Below the pieces are notes generated by a model. That model was not told the DNA's origin, searched no databases, and worked only from the letters and a program-made list of their open reading frames with translations. A stretch of DNA of 64,000 nucleotides from Octopus sinensis (taxonomy: Eukaryota), in the NCBI RefSeq assembly GCF_006345805.1, contig NC_043015.1, positions 18,662,001 to 18,726,000 of the forward strand, read 5' to 3'. A program made the position numbers and the translations under genes. Below, piece after piece: positions 50,536-64,000 of the stretch; within the stretch, counting starts at the first letter, position 1; each line of letters starts with the position of its first letter.

Positions 50536-52094
50536 TGAATGCGTTGGTGAGGTATTGGAGGACACCTCTATACCTACCATATTTCAGAGTTGTTATGCGG
50601 TTTTCTTTTTCTTTAGAACTTGATTTTTCTTACGCAATCAACTCTCAAAGAATAAATATGCAAATTGCAATGTTCAATATATTCTTTAAATCTAAAGTAC
50701 TGTGTTTTAAAAAATCCCGTATCTTGCTTATATTTCATCTGAAATATGAGATATCGTTGAACACTATAACTTTTTAACTATCTGTGCCACAACATCTGCT
50801 TGGCATCATATAAAAATATCTATCTGACTATAATGTCTTCACGGAGATTGCTGGGAACATAATATACAATTAAAACTACAAGCGAATGAAACCCCACGAA
50901 GTTACACGAACTTGTAGTAGAAATAGCAGCCAGATTTCTCTCGAATTGAACACTACCGTCTTATGTGATGGTAGTAGATATAACACCTTTGATCATAGAT
51001 GGTTTGAGCCAGAATCGGCTGAGGATTACCAACCTCAACAGTGAATTTTTTCTTAGTAATGGCAACATTTTCATCTTCCTTATCACATTCTCAGTAATTG
51101 TAGCTTAATTTGTTGCAGTAATCTGATCTAATATAGTTTATGATATCTATTAATACCTTCAGCTTTACCCGATTTAATGTCTTAATTAATATATACATTG
51201 TGTTTTAGATCAGATCGTCTGGCAGCCTGTATAGCATACTTTGTTCAAGATAGTGAGTATTGTGTGGTTAACATCTGTTAATTTACGGGCAAAGTGTGCT
51301 ACGTATCATATGCTTAACATCTATTAATCTCTGGTAGTATGTATTTCGTACTATGCGTTTGATAACATCTGTTACATTCTATGTATAGCATCTGTTAATT
51401 TTCTGTTAGCATGTGTGAAATAAATGGTTATCTATTAGTCGGTCAAATGCTTTTGGACTGGTAGGGATTTTCTGATGTTCGAGATAACGGTACAGTAGCT
51501 ATATTATGTTATTGTATTTTTATGACCCTCAGAAAGTTTTATTTGAACATTCATTGCAAAATTAGGTTATTGTAGAAAGTTATGAAAAAAACAAGATATT
51601 GAATCATTTTTTGTTATTCTATATTTTGTAAACAAGTAATGCAACACTGCAATATAACTACAAGATATAGAATAATCTAGCAAAGACATCTAAAAATATT
51701 GTAAACTGTAACTTTTATCAATTAATAAGAAAGTGTGCTTCTTGTTAGATTATCCAATTGAGGATAGAGCCATGTTCAATGGATAACGAACATTCACGCC
51801 ATACTACTATAGTACAATCGACATTTCTATCAAAATGAAGAGATTTAGAAATATCATTCTTTCTCTTGTTGAACAGATATTTAGTAGCTATCTGCTGTTT
51901 CTGGACGTAGCTTGCTAGGGGAGATACTATGTACCTATTACAAGTCCAGGAGAGACTACAGTTCTTGTCTACGTTGTTGGTATTCTCTTGCATGCAAGAT
52001 AACTTTCTTAAGCTTCTTCTGGTATGATGATTAATTCTCTCCCAACTCTCTCAGCTCAGTCACCGTTAGTTAATGTAGAACAGATGTAAACTTG

Positions 52095-52923
52095 CGAGGC
52101 CGTATCAAAAAGTTCCCGGACTTATGTTTAATAAAATATAGCTATTTTACCTAAGTTTTATTATCTTCTTCGAAATACTCAACCTGCGCAGCAATACATC
52201 AGTCGCAGTGTTCCCGCCAGTTTGGGAATCCAGACTGGAAGTCATTTTCCGCATGCGAGTCGATTCGCTCTGGATCTCGACAACAGTGTTAGAACGGTGA
52301 CGTTTGAGCTGCTTTTTCATCTTGGGGAAGAAATGAAAGTCTGCAGGTGCTAAATGGTGAGAAAGTCATAAGTGAGGAGAGCTCGGGAATTGGGTGCATT
52401 GTCGCCGTGAAGAATTCAATTCTTCGCGCTTCACAGATCCGGTCACTTTCGCTGAATGCCCTTCCCCATACACTTCAAAACATCACAATAGAACTCTTGA
52501 TTGACGGTCTGGTCCTGGATATCGAAAAAACGAAGAGTATGCTCTTGATTCAGCTGCAGATCTGTCGTACCTTCTTCGATTATGACTCTTCCATTATAAC
52601 GACTATTGCTTTGTCTCTGGGTCGTACTCATAGACCCAACTCTCGTTACAGATGATGATCCTTGACATGAAGGATAGGTCATAAGTGGTATGCTGACGGA
52701 AATCTTGGTAGATTTCGACGTGATGTCTATAACAAAATCACAGACTACAATATACACGTGATCACAAAAACACAAATTTCACAACTTGTAAAGTAAACAC
52801 AGCGATGCCACTCAGCACACTGCCTCCTTAAGGTCCCTGCTAGCTTTCACTGCGTACGCAACCGTGTGCTGATATGTATTGGCACGCTACAGAATTATCA
52901 GGGAACGTTTTGATACCACCTCG
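52095..52923 (-). mobile_element. Internally deleted mariner (Tc1/mariner) element
   Basis: Imperfect TIRs CGAGGCCGTATCAAAAAGTTCCCGGA / TCAGGGAACGTTTTGATACCACCTCG followed by TA on the right; transposase remnants FFD..QTVNQEFYCDVLK..IQRK, HGDNAPNSRA and DFHLFPKMK. Confidence 0.88.
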
Positions 52924-55154
52924 TACTTTCACTGTTGAAAACACACATGATATAATTTCTCGTTTTACTGTCCAATAGGTATTGTGTAAGTGATATGATG
53001 CAGCACTCAATGTATTCTGAACTGATCTTAAGCCTCTACCTCTATCTTTCTGATGTATATTCTGTCACTGCTGAAGATACTAACAATAGTTGCTAGTATT
53101 TTTCTAGTTCTGGCGTCCGGGTAGCGTATTCCTTCAAGTATCCTGCATGTTGGCACAAGCAGTGGCACTGTTGTTTTATTAAATGCAGAGAGATCTGTCT
53201 TTTATACTTTCGGAATTCTGCAGAACTATTTTCTCTTCACTCTAGCTTTAATCAGAGTACCAGTGTATGCAACATTCAAGTCATATCATTTGTGATAAGG
53301 GAGATAAACTGTTTATTGGTATCCATAATCCTTGTCTGGTCCACTTGTCAGTCTTTTAATGGCGTCGACTATCGACTATAACACACTGTAGAGACTCGAG
53401 TGTTCATGAGTAAGGAAGAGTCATACAATTGGCGATGCTGCTTTGCTTCCTTAATATCAGCTTTGTTGATGTCGCTACGTTTGGTACAACCCGAACTACT
53501 TTCTTTTCTCCAGCTTTCTCAACAGTCACCATATTGTGTGTTTTTCGGTCATTCTGGAGGAATACATCAAAGCAATCTGTATGCAGTTTATATAGGATAT
53601 TCAAACACGTCCTATAGGTTTCGGTCATATGCAGTCCTTGGATTTTAACAACTGGTGCTATATGCGCAACTGTCAGCCAATGTGGTACATCGAGTCGGGG
53701 TTCCTTGTTCTTTTGAACATGTTATCAAGGACTGATACATAGACTGAACTTTCACTATCAGTAACCGACAATCAGTTATCTTCCTGAGGATTTTCTGTTC
53801 GGTAGTTTTGCAACAATTGTTAGAGTTTCACTGGTAATATTAGATATTCTATGAGAAACGTTTACATATTACTTCTATCCGTAGCTCATTTAACCACATT
53901 GCATCACTGTCGCATTGCTTACTTACATTCTAAATTTCTGCCTCAAAATAGATGGATCATTCTGGGGAGGGGATTTTACAATCTTGAGGGTATGACATTT
54001 CGTACTGCAATACATCGCTTATCAGTTGAATGTAAACTTGCGAATGATGTTCCCCTTTGTATTAACTCCTTGCTCAACGACGTTTTTTATTTGCAGCTTC
54101 TTGGTCGTGTTTAAAGAGACACTAACAGGTTAAAAATACACGTCAGTGTCTCTTTACGGCAGTTCTCGACTATTACAAAATTGTTGCAGTTAGTGGTTTG
54201 AGAATTTATTATGTACTTTTCACTTAATGATAGTATCTCATTGTTCAATATCTTTTCTGATCTTTCGACATTTGTCTGGTGAGAGTTAATACATTTTGTT
54301 GCCATTTTCTCGTTACAATCGATTTCCGTTGCATCAGTCTGTTTGCGAATGGTAACTGCAGCAGCTCAGTATAGCAGAGCATTCAATGTCTTAAAGGTGA
54401 GAGTCTCGATTTGTGCTAAATGTTTCTTAGCAACTTGATCGATCATAGATAACATCATGTCTGTAGGTTTCCAAATCACGTTTGTCATAATAGCTCTTTC
54501 ATATAATTGTCTATCGATGTAAATGAAGTTTTGTTTGAATTTTGCTATTAGTTGCGCTTTGCGGTGTTTATATTCCTCCCTCATTTCTGTTTGGTCATTT
54601 GTAACTGCTGTTTGTAATTTTGGCATGCTTACTTCAGTTTTCTTATTATTGTTTCTGTTGTTAGGATCTTCTCAGTAGAAGTATCCACTGAACTGTTCAC
54701 ACTTTTATTTAATGGGAAATTTTGTTGGCCGGTAGGAAGAACAAAGTTTTCTCTCGACAAAGACTTTTGGGGTTGAAATGGGAATAGTTGGGATACTTTA
54801 GATTCCAATAACTCTTCGTCCATTTTATATACTCATTCGAGGGATTTTCTATCTATTTTTTTTAATAGAATTAATGCGTCTTCATTCAGTTCAAAAGACC
54901 ACCGAAATTACTCTCGGTAGTTCAGCGACTGGGAACAGTGATAAATGGATAAATGATCCTAGTTTCCTGTTGTGCCATCGTTTATGTAGCAGGCATACAC
55001 GTGTTGAATTTCTGTTGATTTTTACTGCATGATTATAGCTACGATCTTCTCTAAAAATAGCGCCTCGTGGTATTTATCCGAATGAGATAACTAGTATTTT
55101 TTTTACCATGCTTGTTTTAATGGCATGAGTTTTAGATGATAGTATTTATTAGAC

Positions 55155-55780
55155 CAGGGATGGGGAACCTTTTTTGTGCATGAAGGCCACCCTACAATTC
55201 ATCATCCCTCATAGTGGCGCCATTGAACAAATCATTTTTCTTTTTTTTTAGTTATTTTATCTCCTAAGTAATTTATTAGTAATCTAATAAAAGAAAGAGA
55301 GGCGTGTAGAAATCGAAAGCATGACTTTTCAAATATTTTATTTAAGTAGGTACATTGTATTCAAGTAATAAGTAATTGAAAAATTATCTTATAAAAAACC
55401 TTTATGGGTTCTTCATCACTGAATAGCTTACCTTTTTTCCAATCAAATATGAAACTTTATAGCTGGCTTCCAATCTGCATCACAGACTGGAAAATTGTCT
55501 TTGCTTTTGTTTTCCATCTTTCAATTTCTACAATGCTATCTTTCGAGACTCACCCTCTAATTTGGCATATTCATTGTCTTTATGAAGAGCATAATGTTGC
55601 TGTGCATTGAATTTACTTAACTGTTATAATTGCGGTATCACAAAACAAGCAAGACATTTTGCCTCCACTATTTACTAAAAAATTTGCAATTCCCATTCTT
55701 CATTGAAGATCCTGTTTCCTTCTTTCAAAGTTCATTTTAATTTTCTTGACATGATTATGGGTTAAAAATTAAAAAAAATG
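55155..55780 (-). mobile_element. hAT (Charlie/SPIN-like) transposon relic
   Basis: TIR-like CAGGGATGGGGAACCTTTTT at 55155; minus-strand RIFNEEWE..AKCLACF..KFNAQQHYALHKDNEYAKLEGESRK resembles the N-terminal BED-finger region of SPIN/GTF2IRD2-type transposases. Confidence 0.7.
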
Positions 55781-56551
55781 AAAAGTTTAATAATGAATTT
55801 GTTAAGCCAGCTGCACACTGACCCAAATAAAACAGTCTTAAATAAAACACAATAAACATGGATCCAAAACCATGTTTTTGGTTTTGACTTTAGCAATTGT
55901 TACTACCATTCGAGACTGAACAACATCTAGATTAGCTATAAATTTTTTTCTGTAATTAGTACTATTATCTATCATTACCTAATTGTTGCAGAAATAATAT
56001 CAAATATCGATGGTTTCTAATCTCACAAAATAATGACTATTGTTGAAGTTATGACCAAGATTCCAAGAACATTATTTCGGACGCTGATTGATAGTGTCTT
56101 GTCTAAGACCGTGTTGTCTGAAAGAGTGTGCAGATGGCTTAATAGAGTAGCAATGAATACGATCACTGTATCACTTATCATGTCTCAATGATAAAAAGCA
56201 AGTCTGTAAAATTAATGCCCTCGCTGATGGATTTACGGTTTCAAATAAGGCTATAACTAACTCAGTCTCACAAATCAAGTCAGTATGAAGTTGGGCGCGA
56301 CTATGCAACTACTAAGTAAAGTACATAGCAGAGATCACAATGAAAAGGTGGATGAGATAGGAGCTCTTCGTGTATCATACCCGACGTCACTTACTCCCAC
56401 TAGGCTGGTATAGTTGACAAGGAAATATTACCTTTATATACTTGTTACTTTGAGTTTAAACTCACTGGATTCAAAGAAAAATGTTTCCAATTTCTGGGAG
56501 TGATATAACTAAACACGGTTATCGTTCCGTTCGTTTATGTGTGTGTGTGTA

Positions 56552-56627
<76 letters not shown>

Positions 56628-56706
56628 GTGTGTGTGTATTGTAAGTTTAGGGCGTATAATGATTTTAGACAAAAAATATTCAGTGTCAAAAAGAAAGAAA
56701 ATATAC

Positions 56707-56761
56707 CAATGGCCGCAGACGGCCGCACTTGATGGCCCGGAAGGCCGCAAGTTCCCCATCT
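56707..56761 (-). CDS. Candidate 55-nt host exon of an unknown gene
   Basis: GC-rich island with acceptor TTTATCTTTCGTCTAATGCAG and donor TTG|GTATAT; open frames DGELAAFRAIKCGRLRPL or RWGTCGLPGHQVRPSAAI. Confidence 0.35.
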
Positions 56762-56915
56762 CTGCATTAGACGAAAGATAAATAGTGAGTTCCTTCATTC
56801 AAACGTGACTGAATTCGACGCCATATCATGTATGTATGTATGTATGTATGTATGTATGTATGTACGTATGTATGTATGTATGTATGTATGTATGTATGTA
56901 CGTACGTATGTATGC

Positions 56916-56993
<78 letters not shown>

Positions 56994-57004
56994 ATATATA
57001 TATT

Positions 57005-57330
57005 AGGTGAAGGCGCGTGGCTTAGTGGCTAGGGCATTCGGCTCTCGATCATAAGGTCATGAGTCCAATTTCCGGCAATACGTCGTGTCCTTGAGCAAAA
57101 CACTTTATTTCACGTTGCTCCCGTTCTCACTGCTGGCAAAAATGAGTTGTACCTGTATTTCAAAGGGCCGGCTTTGTCACATTCTGTATCACGCTGAATC
57201 TCCCTGTGGCCTACGTTAAGAGTACACGTATCTGTAAAATACTGAACCACTTTCACGTTAATTTCACGAGCAGGCTGTTCCATTGATGGTGTCAACTGGA
57301 ACCCTTGTTGCCGTAACCGACGGCGTGCCA
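57005..57330 (+). mobile_element. tRNA-derived SINE, second family
   Basis: GGCGCGTGGCTTAGTGG A box, GAGTCCAATTCC B-box-like, CCTTGAGCAAAAC body; set between microsatellites. Confidence 0.8.
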
Positions 57331-57583
57331 TCGCATGTATGTATGTACGTATGTATGTATGTATGTATGTATGTATGTATGTATGTATGTATGTATGTAT
57401 GTATGTATGTATGTATGTATGCATGCATGCATGCATGCATGTATGTATGTATTTATGTATGTCATTATTCAGTTTATATCAAGATTTCTTGCAAAGAGAG
57501 AAAGAACCTGTTTCTAACCTAGATCCAAGGCTCCTTCATTGGAATTTCGATATCAACATCAAAGTACTTTTGTATATATATAT

Positions 57584-57663
<80 letters not shown>

Positions 57664-57676
57664 GTATGTATGCATG

Positions 57677-57710
<34 letters not shown>

Positions 57711-57829
57711 TGTATGTATGTATGTATGTATGTATGCATGCATGTATGTATGTGTGTATGTGCAAGTTTGTATGCTTTATGTATGTATTCTCATGCATAT
57801 AGTTGCATTTCTAGACATGCTCATATATA

Positions 57830-59085
57830 TTTAAATGATAAACTTCTGGAAAGTCTTACAGATTTTTGCAGTTCCAGTGATGTATTGGATCTGTAGTCTT
57901 CGAATTAAATTTCTCGTTTCTGGTTTTGAGAAGCCTAATTTCTCAAGATTGTTATTTAGGCGGTGTGTTACATATCTCAGGGCCTCAATAATTACATGTG
58001 TAAACCTGAACTTGTAATCTGGATAGAGTAACTGGAAATTTCTCAATACTTCAGCATAAGTGTTCTCTCTTTCACTGATGTTTATGCTAATATCTGCTGG
58101 GCAGCTAATTTCCACAACTGTGCTCAGTTTCTCTTCTCTATCCAAAATCATTTTATCAGGTCAGCTGTGCTTACATTTTATTGAGGTTTTAACTGGTACA
58201 TTCCACCAATATTCCTTTTTTTAGTGGTTATGGCTTCTACCATAGTGTTGGTTCTTATTTCTTTGTCCTCGGGATTATCCTTCTGACAGATTTCACTATA
58301 GTGCCCTAGCTACAACATCATGTCTCATCAGTAGATAATACTGTAATGACATTTACGGACAACTGCTTATGATATGAGTGATATCTTCAGTGTGAACTCC
58401 ATAAAGTCTCCATCGGTTGTCGCATTTTACTGCTGTTCCTGCATCTCTATCGCTTTTGTGCATCAGATATTTGGTTGATATTTCCTGTTCCTGGATTGCA
58501 AACGCATACCCTTCAAAGTGGGAGGTAGTAATCCAGCTGTTGGTCCATGATAAACTGCTTTGATGATCGATGTTACTATCATGACGGAACTTTCTTACAT
58601 ATCCATGCATTGTCTTCTCATATAGGCTCATCCTTTTATCTGATAATACGTTGCGGTAGAGTCGTGCAACTCCTTTGGGCGTGTATTCTAGGTTATCAGA
58701 CAAAGAATGTTGCTCAAGGAGCTGCCTTCCAAGTCTTATGATGTTATTAGCCTCATGTATACAAACTTGGTCAAGGGATGCACGTCGACACTTGGTAGTG
58801 AAAAGATGTTGCCGAAGGGATATGATTCAAAAGCATTTTGGATCAATTTGTTAAGCCTCTGCCGCCTTATTTTCGTTTTAGGTAAAGGCGGTCTACGTCA
58901 CTATTTATGAAGAAATTATGTGTGCTTGTTAGTATTTTTCGGGTTTTCACATCAATGACTCGTATCTCATCAAGCGTCCAATCAAGCAGCCCAAATATTG
59001 GTATGAATACTGGCACTACAAACACATTGTGGGCCACTGTTTTATTGAACGCAGAGAGTTCTGAGGTCCAAATTTACTTTATTTG
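57830..59085 (-). mobile_element. 3' fragment of another R4-clade RLE LINE
   Basis: DVDRLYLKRK*GGRGL, MHGY, SHFEGYAFAIQEQEI, EDITHIISSCP, RHDVVAR, VVEISCPAD..GTAKICK. Confidence 0.85.
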
Positions 59086-59321
59086 GCAATAATATTTTTA
59101 GCGACACATGTTTTGCTACAGGTGCCATTGTATATATATATGTATGTATGCATGTAAGTATGTATGTAGTTGTTCAGTTTTATTTCAAGATTATGTATGT
59201 ATATGTATGTGTGCTGTTTGTGTGAGCATACATATAATGTGCATACATTACGTAGTGTGATGGAGGAAAAGGACAACAGAAAAAAGAAGCAAACAGGAGA
59301 AAGAAATACAAAAGGCCTTAC

Positions 59322-59623
59322 CTGTTGACCTCGGCTGAATCAGCGGTCACTCTCACGAATTAAATACATCTTGTCTCGCTGCCCTCTCTGCTCGAACTGC
59401 CCATACGTGCTTCCTGTCCATGCATGCCCTGTGCCTGTGTCACAGGCCCCTGCAGTCCTTACTTCCGTCCACCTCATATGCAATCCCCTCCACCAACACC
59501 ACATAGCTCCATCACAGCTCATAACACCACTAACACCACGCGTTATACAGGTATAATCACTAATGGTCAGAAAAATGCGCTTGTACATACATATCCCACT
59601 CATTTAGAAATAGTCTTAAGTTT
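59322..59623 (-). other. Candidate spliced exon, probably UTR/non-coding or with a uORF
   Basis: Acceptor TCTCCCTTTCAG and donor CAG|GTAAG; higher GC than the flanks; stops in all three frames near its 3' end. Confidence 0.35.
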
Positions 59624-62600
59624 CTGAAAGGGAGATAACCAAGATATAGCAAGAAAACTTTTAGGAGATGGTGGAAAGGTGAAAGGAGCCTCCAGAAGTT
59701 AAGTTCATAATGTTAAAACTGTGTTCCCGGTTCGAATCCTTTTTGTAGATGAATGATAATTCCGTTGTAGGATTGAACGCCACTTCAATTTCAGGAAATA
59801 TTTCTTGAAGGCCCGGTATATTTTTATTATGGTTAGATAAATTGAAGGTATATTTAAGCTTGATGTATAGAGACAGTTAAACGACAGAATATGCTATAAA
59901 ACTTTGAGATCAGAAGTCGCAAACTGCTTGGCTTTTTTTTTAGACAGATATTTTTTAGACAAATATTTTTACCTTGCGTGTATGAGCCGTTGAACTCATT
60001 AATCCCATGATAACGCCGCATAGAATATATGCTACCCATCTTTGTGATACAGGGATTGCTTACTTGGAATGTTATGAGAAAACAAATTTCTTTGAACACT
60101 ACGCTAGCTGATACCGTTTTCATATTTTCTTCTAAAGATGATCGAGCACTCTGGGAATGGACATATTAAGCACATTTAAAAATAAACACAATAAAAGAAA
60201 TAAATCATACACAGTAAAGACTAAAAGAGGACAAATGGCTCGGTTTTTGAAACTGGCATGCATAACGCGGTACACTTCTGTCTGTACTGTGTTTTGATTG
60301 AAAGAGAATTAAGATAAAATTGTAGAGTATTTGGGGAATTTGATGTAAAATTATCTAGATTATGTTTTCATATATTAATCTTCCTCTGTGAACTGTACGA
60401 TGAAAGATGTACTTTTGAAATTGTTGACTATTAGTGTGGTATTACGTCAATAAATGAGACATAGTTACATAATTATAATAATGACTAAGTTGTTTACTTT
60501 ATTATCAATATAATTTCTTCTATTACACACTCACATTGAAACACTCAGAGATTTAAATATTTAATTTCTTCTGATATACAGTGCTCAATGTATAAACATT
60601 AAAAACACAATTATAAATAATTAATTCTAGCTATTCTAAATTGATTTTTACGTTTAAAATGTTCATAATTGCATACATGCCTTTTGATGTAACCTTGCAT
60701 ATCATCATCATCATCAGGCATCGTCTGCACTTAGCATAAAAAGAAACTTAAACATATACATAGATCTTTATTATAATATCTGAAATCAGTTGAAATATGT
60801 GCCCATATAATAAACGTTTATGATAATTTCTTTTGATGTTTCGATATTAAACAACATTTTAACGGCAGTGAAGGCAAAAGTAGAATGAATGGAATATTGA
60901 AGTTGGCGCTAGCATGCTTGATGTACTAAGCTAAAAAGTATTAATAAATTTAAAATTAAAATTACACATATAATGATGAGAGCTACAATGTTCTAAATGA
61001 CTAACTGGACAAAAGTCAGGGGAAGATAACAGCAAAATTGTTTATTTATTTTAATTAGTTAAATGTGGAATGCAGTAGATAATAAGAAAAATCATTAGTA
61101 TCAGCGCGACACTTCAGATTCGTTTCGGTATTATTAGGCCTCCTTAGCGAAGCATAGATTAACTGTGGCTGCTCCATCTTAAAACGACTAGAAAGACAAC
61201 AGATTTTTGTGAATCGAAATAGATCAATGTTATATATATTAAAAGGAGTCTGATATTTTTGTCGGAAAATCTTAATGCTTCATTTTCGGAACTGTTTTTG
61301 TGTTTCGTCAAAAGAAATCACTATACTGAAAAGTTTGACAATGATATGTCTATATGAAGTGCCATCTTCTTCGTTTGATCCTAAAAAATTTAATTATTTT
61401 CATATAAGTTATATAAATTTAAATTGTTATTTTCCTCATATCAAAATAACCGCGTTATGTTCAAAATATAGACTGATGTACGTATTTAACGTTATTATTG
61501 GTTAAATGTATCAAATTTTACCAATGTGTCTCACCCTTTAATGGTATCGATATCAGGTTTAAGCGACGATACACTGGATTTCGAAACTCCATAAAATGAA
61601 CTTCACTAAATATTCTACTTTACATTTGTTTTCCTCTCAGTTTTAGAGACTTTATTGATTATATTCAACTCATTAATTTCTCATTTTCATATTTTCATAA
61701 TTAAAGCGAAACCAGGCTTTGACACCGAGGCAATATACATTAACTGGTTGAGTGATTGCGGTTAACTGGAGACTAACAGCTTGTTTGTCTCCAGCCTACA
61801 AATTCATTTCTTAAAACATTAATTATAGACGCGTGTCATGCTATCCAATGTGAATTTTATGTTTAACCGCTTAGCACAAATAAACCTAGTGCTAAGCAGT
61901 GGTTTTGGAAATCCCTGTGGCTCGTGAGGAAATTTATCATATCAACAGTTAACCTACTGTCTTACCATTATCGTGTTGAAGGTTATTAAGCAAAGATATA
62001 TAGCAGAAAAAAAAAAGTTGTCAAGAGAAAAACTATTCGTGCTACCTTTTAAAGATTTCCTGCTGCTTCTTCGATTTCGCTAACCAGACAAAATAATTCA
62101 ACAGAAAAAAATCTTCTTGGCAAAATATAAAAAGAAAATAATATTTTTTGTAATAATTATTTTATCTTTCAAACAGAACCTTTTCTTTAGGATAGAGGAA
62201 AACATGCTATTCTATTTTGTTATGTTATTTTAATTAGCATCTTAGCACTAAATGCATTCCTGGAAAATTTGTTTACTTTTTGCGAGTTTTTTGTCTGTGA
62301 ACTCTACTCATATTTGTTATCTTTCAACTTGATTACATACCCAATGGCTACATTAGATTGTCGGTTTGTGTTCTTGTTTATCATATGTTTCTTTTATGTT
62401 GGTCAAACAAAAGCGAATGCATAGTTACCAGATTATGAAATACAATAGGATGGGGGAACAATATTTCATTGAAAAAAAAAAAAGAAGCAGATAAATATAA
62501 ACGGAAATTTTCACATGAATATACATTGTTGAGTACATTGTTATACACACCTGTAGAAACAGACGTTCAGCTTCAGCTACTTTTCATAGCGTAAAGTATG

Positions 62601-62917
62601 ATATCATTTTAGTATATTTATCTGGTCCTCGGCTTTTACAGAGACGTGCAAACAGGTTATATTTGATTATAATAATATTCACCAATTTCTGTCGATCACC
62701 AGCGAACAGGATTTTCGTGAATGCAATCTTTTAACTCGCTTTCGATCACAATGGAAGTCAATTCCCTTCCTTAGCACAATTAGCATACTTGGGATATACA
62801 TAAATTTCAAATCTTTCCATTTATGCGTAGTCAGAAAAAGCATTTTATGCGTAGTCAGAAAAAAGATATAAATTCTATAAAAAAAAGAAAACAATAAAAA
62901 ATGATATATAAATTACT

Positions 62918-63334
62918 TATTTCTTTACTACCCACAAGGGGCTAAACACAGAGAGGACAACCAAGGAAAGACAAACGGATTAAGTCGATTATATCGATCC
63001 AGTGTGTAACTGGTACTTATTTAATCGACCCCGAAAGGATGAAAGGCAAAGTCGACCTTGGTGGAATTTGAACTCACAACGTAGCGGCAGACGAAATACC
63101 TATTTCTTTACTACCCATAAGGGGCTAAACACAGAGAGGACAAACAAGGACAGACAAACGGATTAAGTCGATTACATCGACCCCAGTGCGTAAATGGTAC
63201 TTATTTAATCGACCCCGAAAGGATAAAAGGCAAAGTCGACCTCGGCGGAATTTGAACTTCAGAACGTAGCGGCAGACGAAATACGGCTACGCATTTCGCC
63301 CGGTGTGCTAACGATTCTGCCAGCTCGCCGCCTT
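62918..63334 (-). mobile_element. Head-to-tail SINE dimer
   Basis: 183-bp period (62918, 63101) with the same GAAATACCTATTTC junction as the 47.4-kb trimer. Confidence 0.9.
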
Positions 63335-63439
63335 AATGATAAATAAATTACCTTCAGGGACCAATGCCACAAATTTATATGAAAATGAGAATTGATGTTG
63401 CACAATACTTGAAGCAAAATTACTATATATAATCCTTCC

Positions 63440-63648
63440 TGCTATCGACACAAGACCTGAAATTGTGGGGACGGGGAAAGTCAGTAGCATCGACCCCAGT
63501 GCTCGACAGGTATTTACTTTATCAACTCCTGAAAGAATGAAATGCAAAGTCAATCATGGCAGAATTTGAACACAGAGCGTATAGACGGACGAAATGCCGC
63601 TAAGCATTTTGTTCAGCGTGCTAATGATTCTGACAGCTCGTCGCCTTA
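63440..63648 (-). mobile_element. Diverged SINE copy, tail type B
   Basis: GAATGAAATGCAAAGTC..GAATTTGAAC..GCTAATGATTCTGACAGCTCGTCGCC. Confidence 0.75.
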
Positions 63649-64000
63649 AAATAAATAAACATAATGAAAATTGACAAGCTACAAATAAAATTGAATCGTG
63701 GTTTTGACTCGTTTGAAGAATAAATCTTTTTCTAACGCCTGCTTTAAAGTGGCAACGTATTGATTTCAAAAACATAAGTTCATACTTTTATATGTCAGCA
63801 AAGAAACTGCAACATTCATATATTTCACTAGTTGTTAATTAACAAACACAGCAAGGAAGAAAATTTGCAACTATAGTATATAACGAAACATATCTGCAAA
63901 GTTTTGTAGACTCAATGTTTGGCTCTTTACTCTTCATCGTTCAAAACTATTTTTTAACTTTGGTACAGGTCTGATGGACAGCAGAGGCTATTAAATTGAC

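Larger units (their letters stand above)
56537..57760. repeat. Cluster of (TG)n, (TATG)n and (TA)n microsatellites
   Basis: Direct reading; it explains the CV/MYVC/YI ORFs. Similar simple repeats occur at 19827-19935, 22160-22474, 41952-42082, 42630-42750 and 46050-46278. Confidence 0.9.

Overview
AT-rich, microsatellite-dense eukaryotic (animal) DNA made almost entirely of transposable elements. The SINE and LINE repertoire resembles octopus/cephalopod genomes (inference). No host protein-coding gene is firmly identified; there are only two candidate minus-strand exons near 56.7 and 59.5 kb. Contents: two large decayed Tx1/L1-clade LINEs (3075-10145 minus, 26819-32262 plus), several R4/Dong-clade RLE LINEs including a near-intact copy (37640-41480), three Penelope-like elements (PLEs, one near-intact), a solo LTR, Tigger, mariner and hAT relics, and tRNA-derived SINEs including head-to-tail multimers. 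The standout is a non-coding 3.1-kb array of about 535-bp units at 23224-26358. Each complete unit carries a canonical type I hammerhead ribozyme (CUGACGA / GAAA / GUC, palindromic helix III, long helix II). The six copies are arranged as two divergent head-to-head tandem arms inside a (TA)n microsatellite, i.e. a retrozyme-like, probably PLE-mobilised element. A 3-kb 40/42-bp minisatellite that demonstrably grew out of a LINE ORF1, and a 3' tail shared between the SINE and the Tx1-like LINEs, are also notable.
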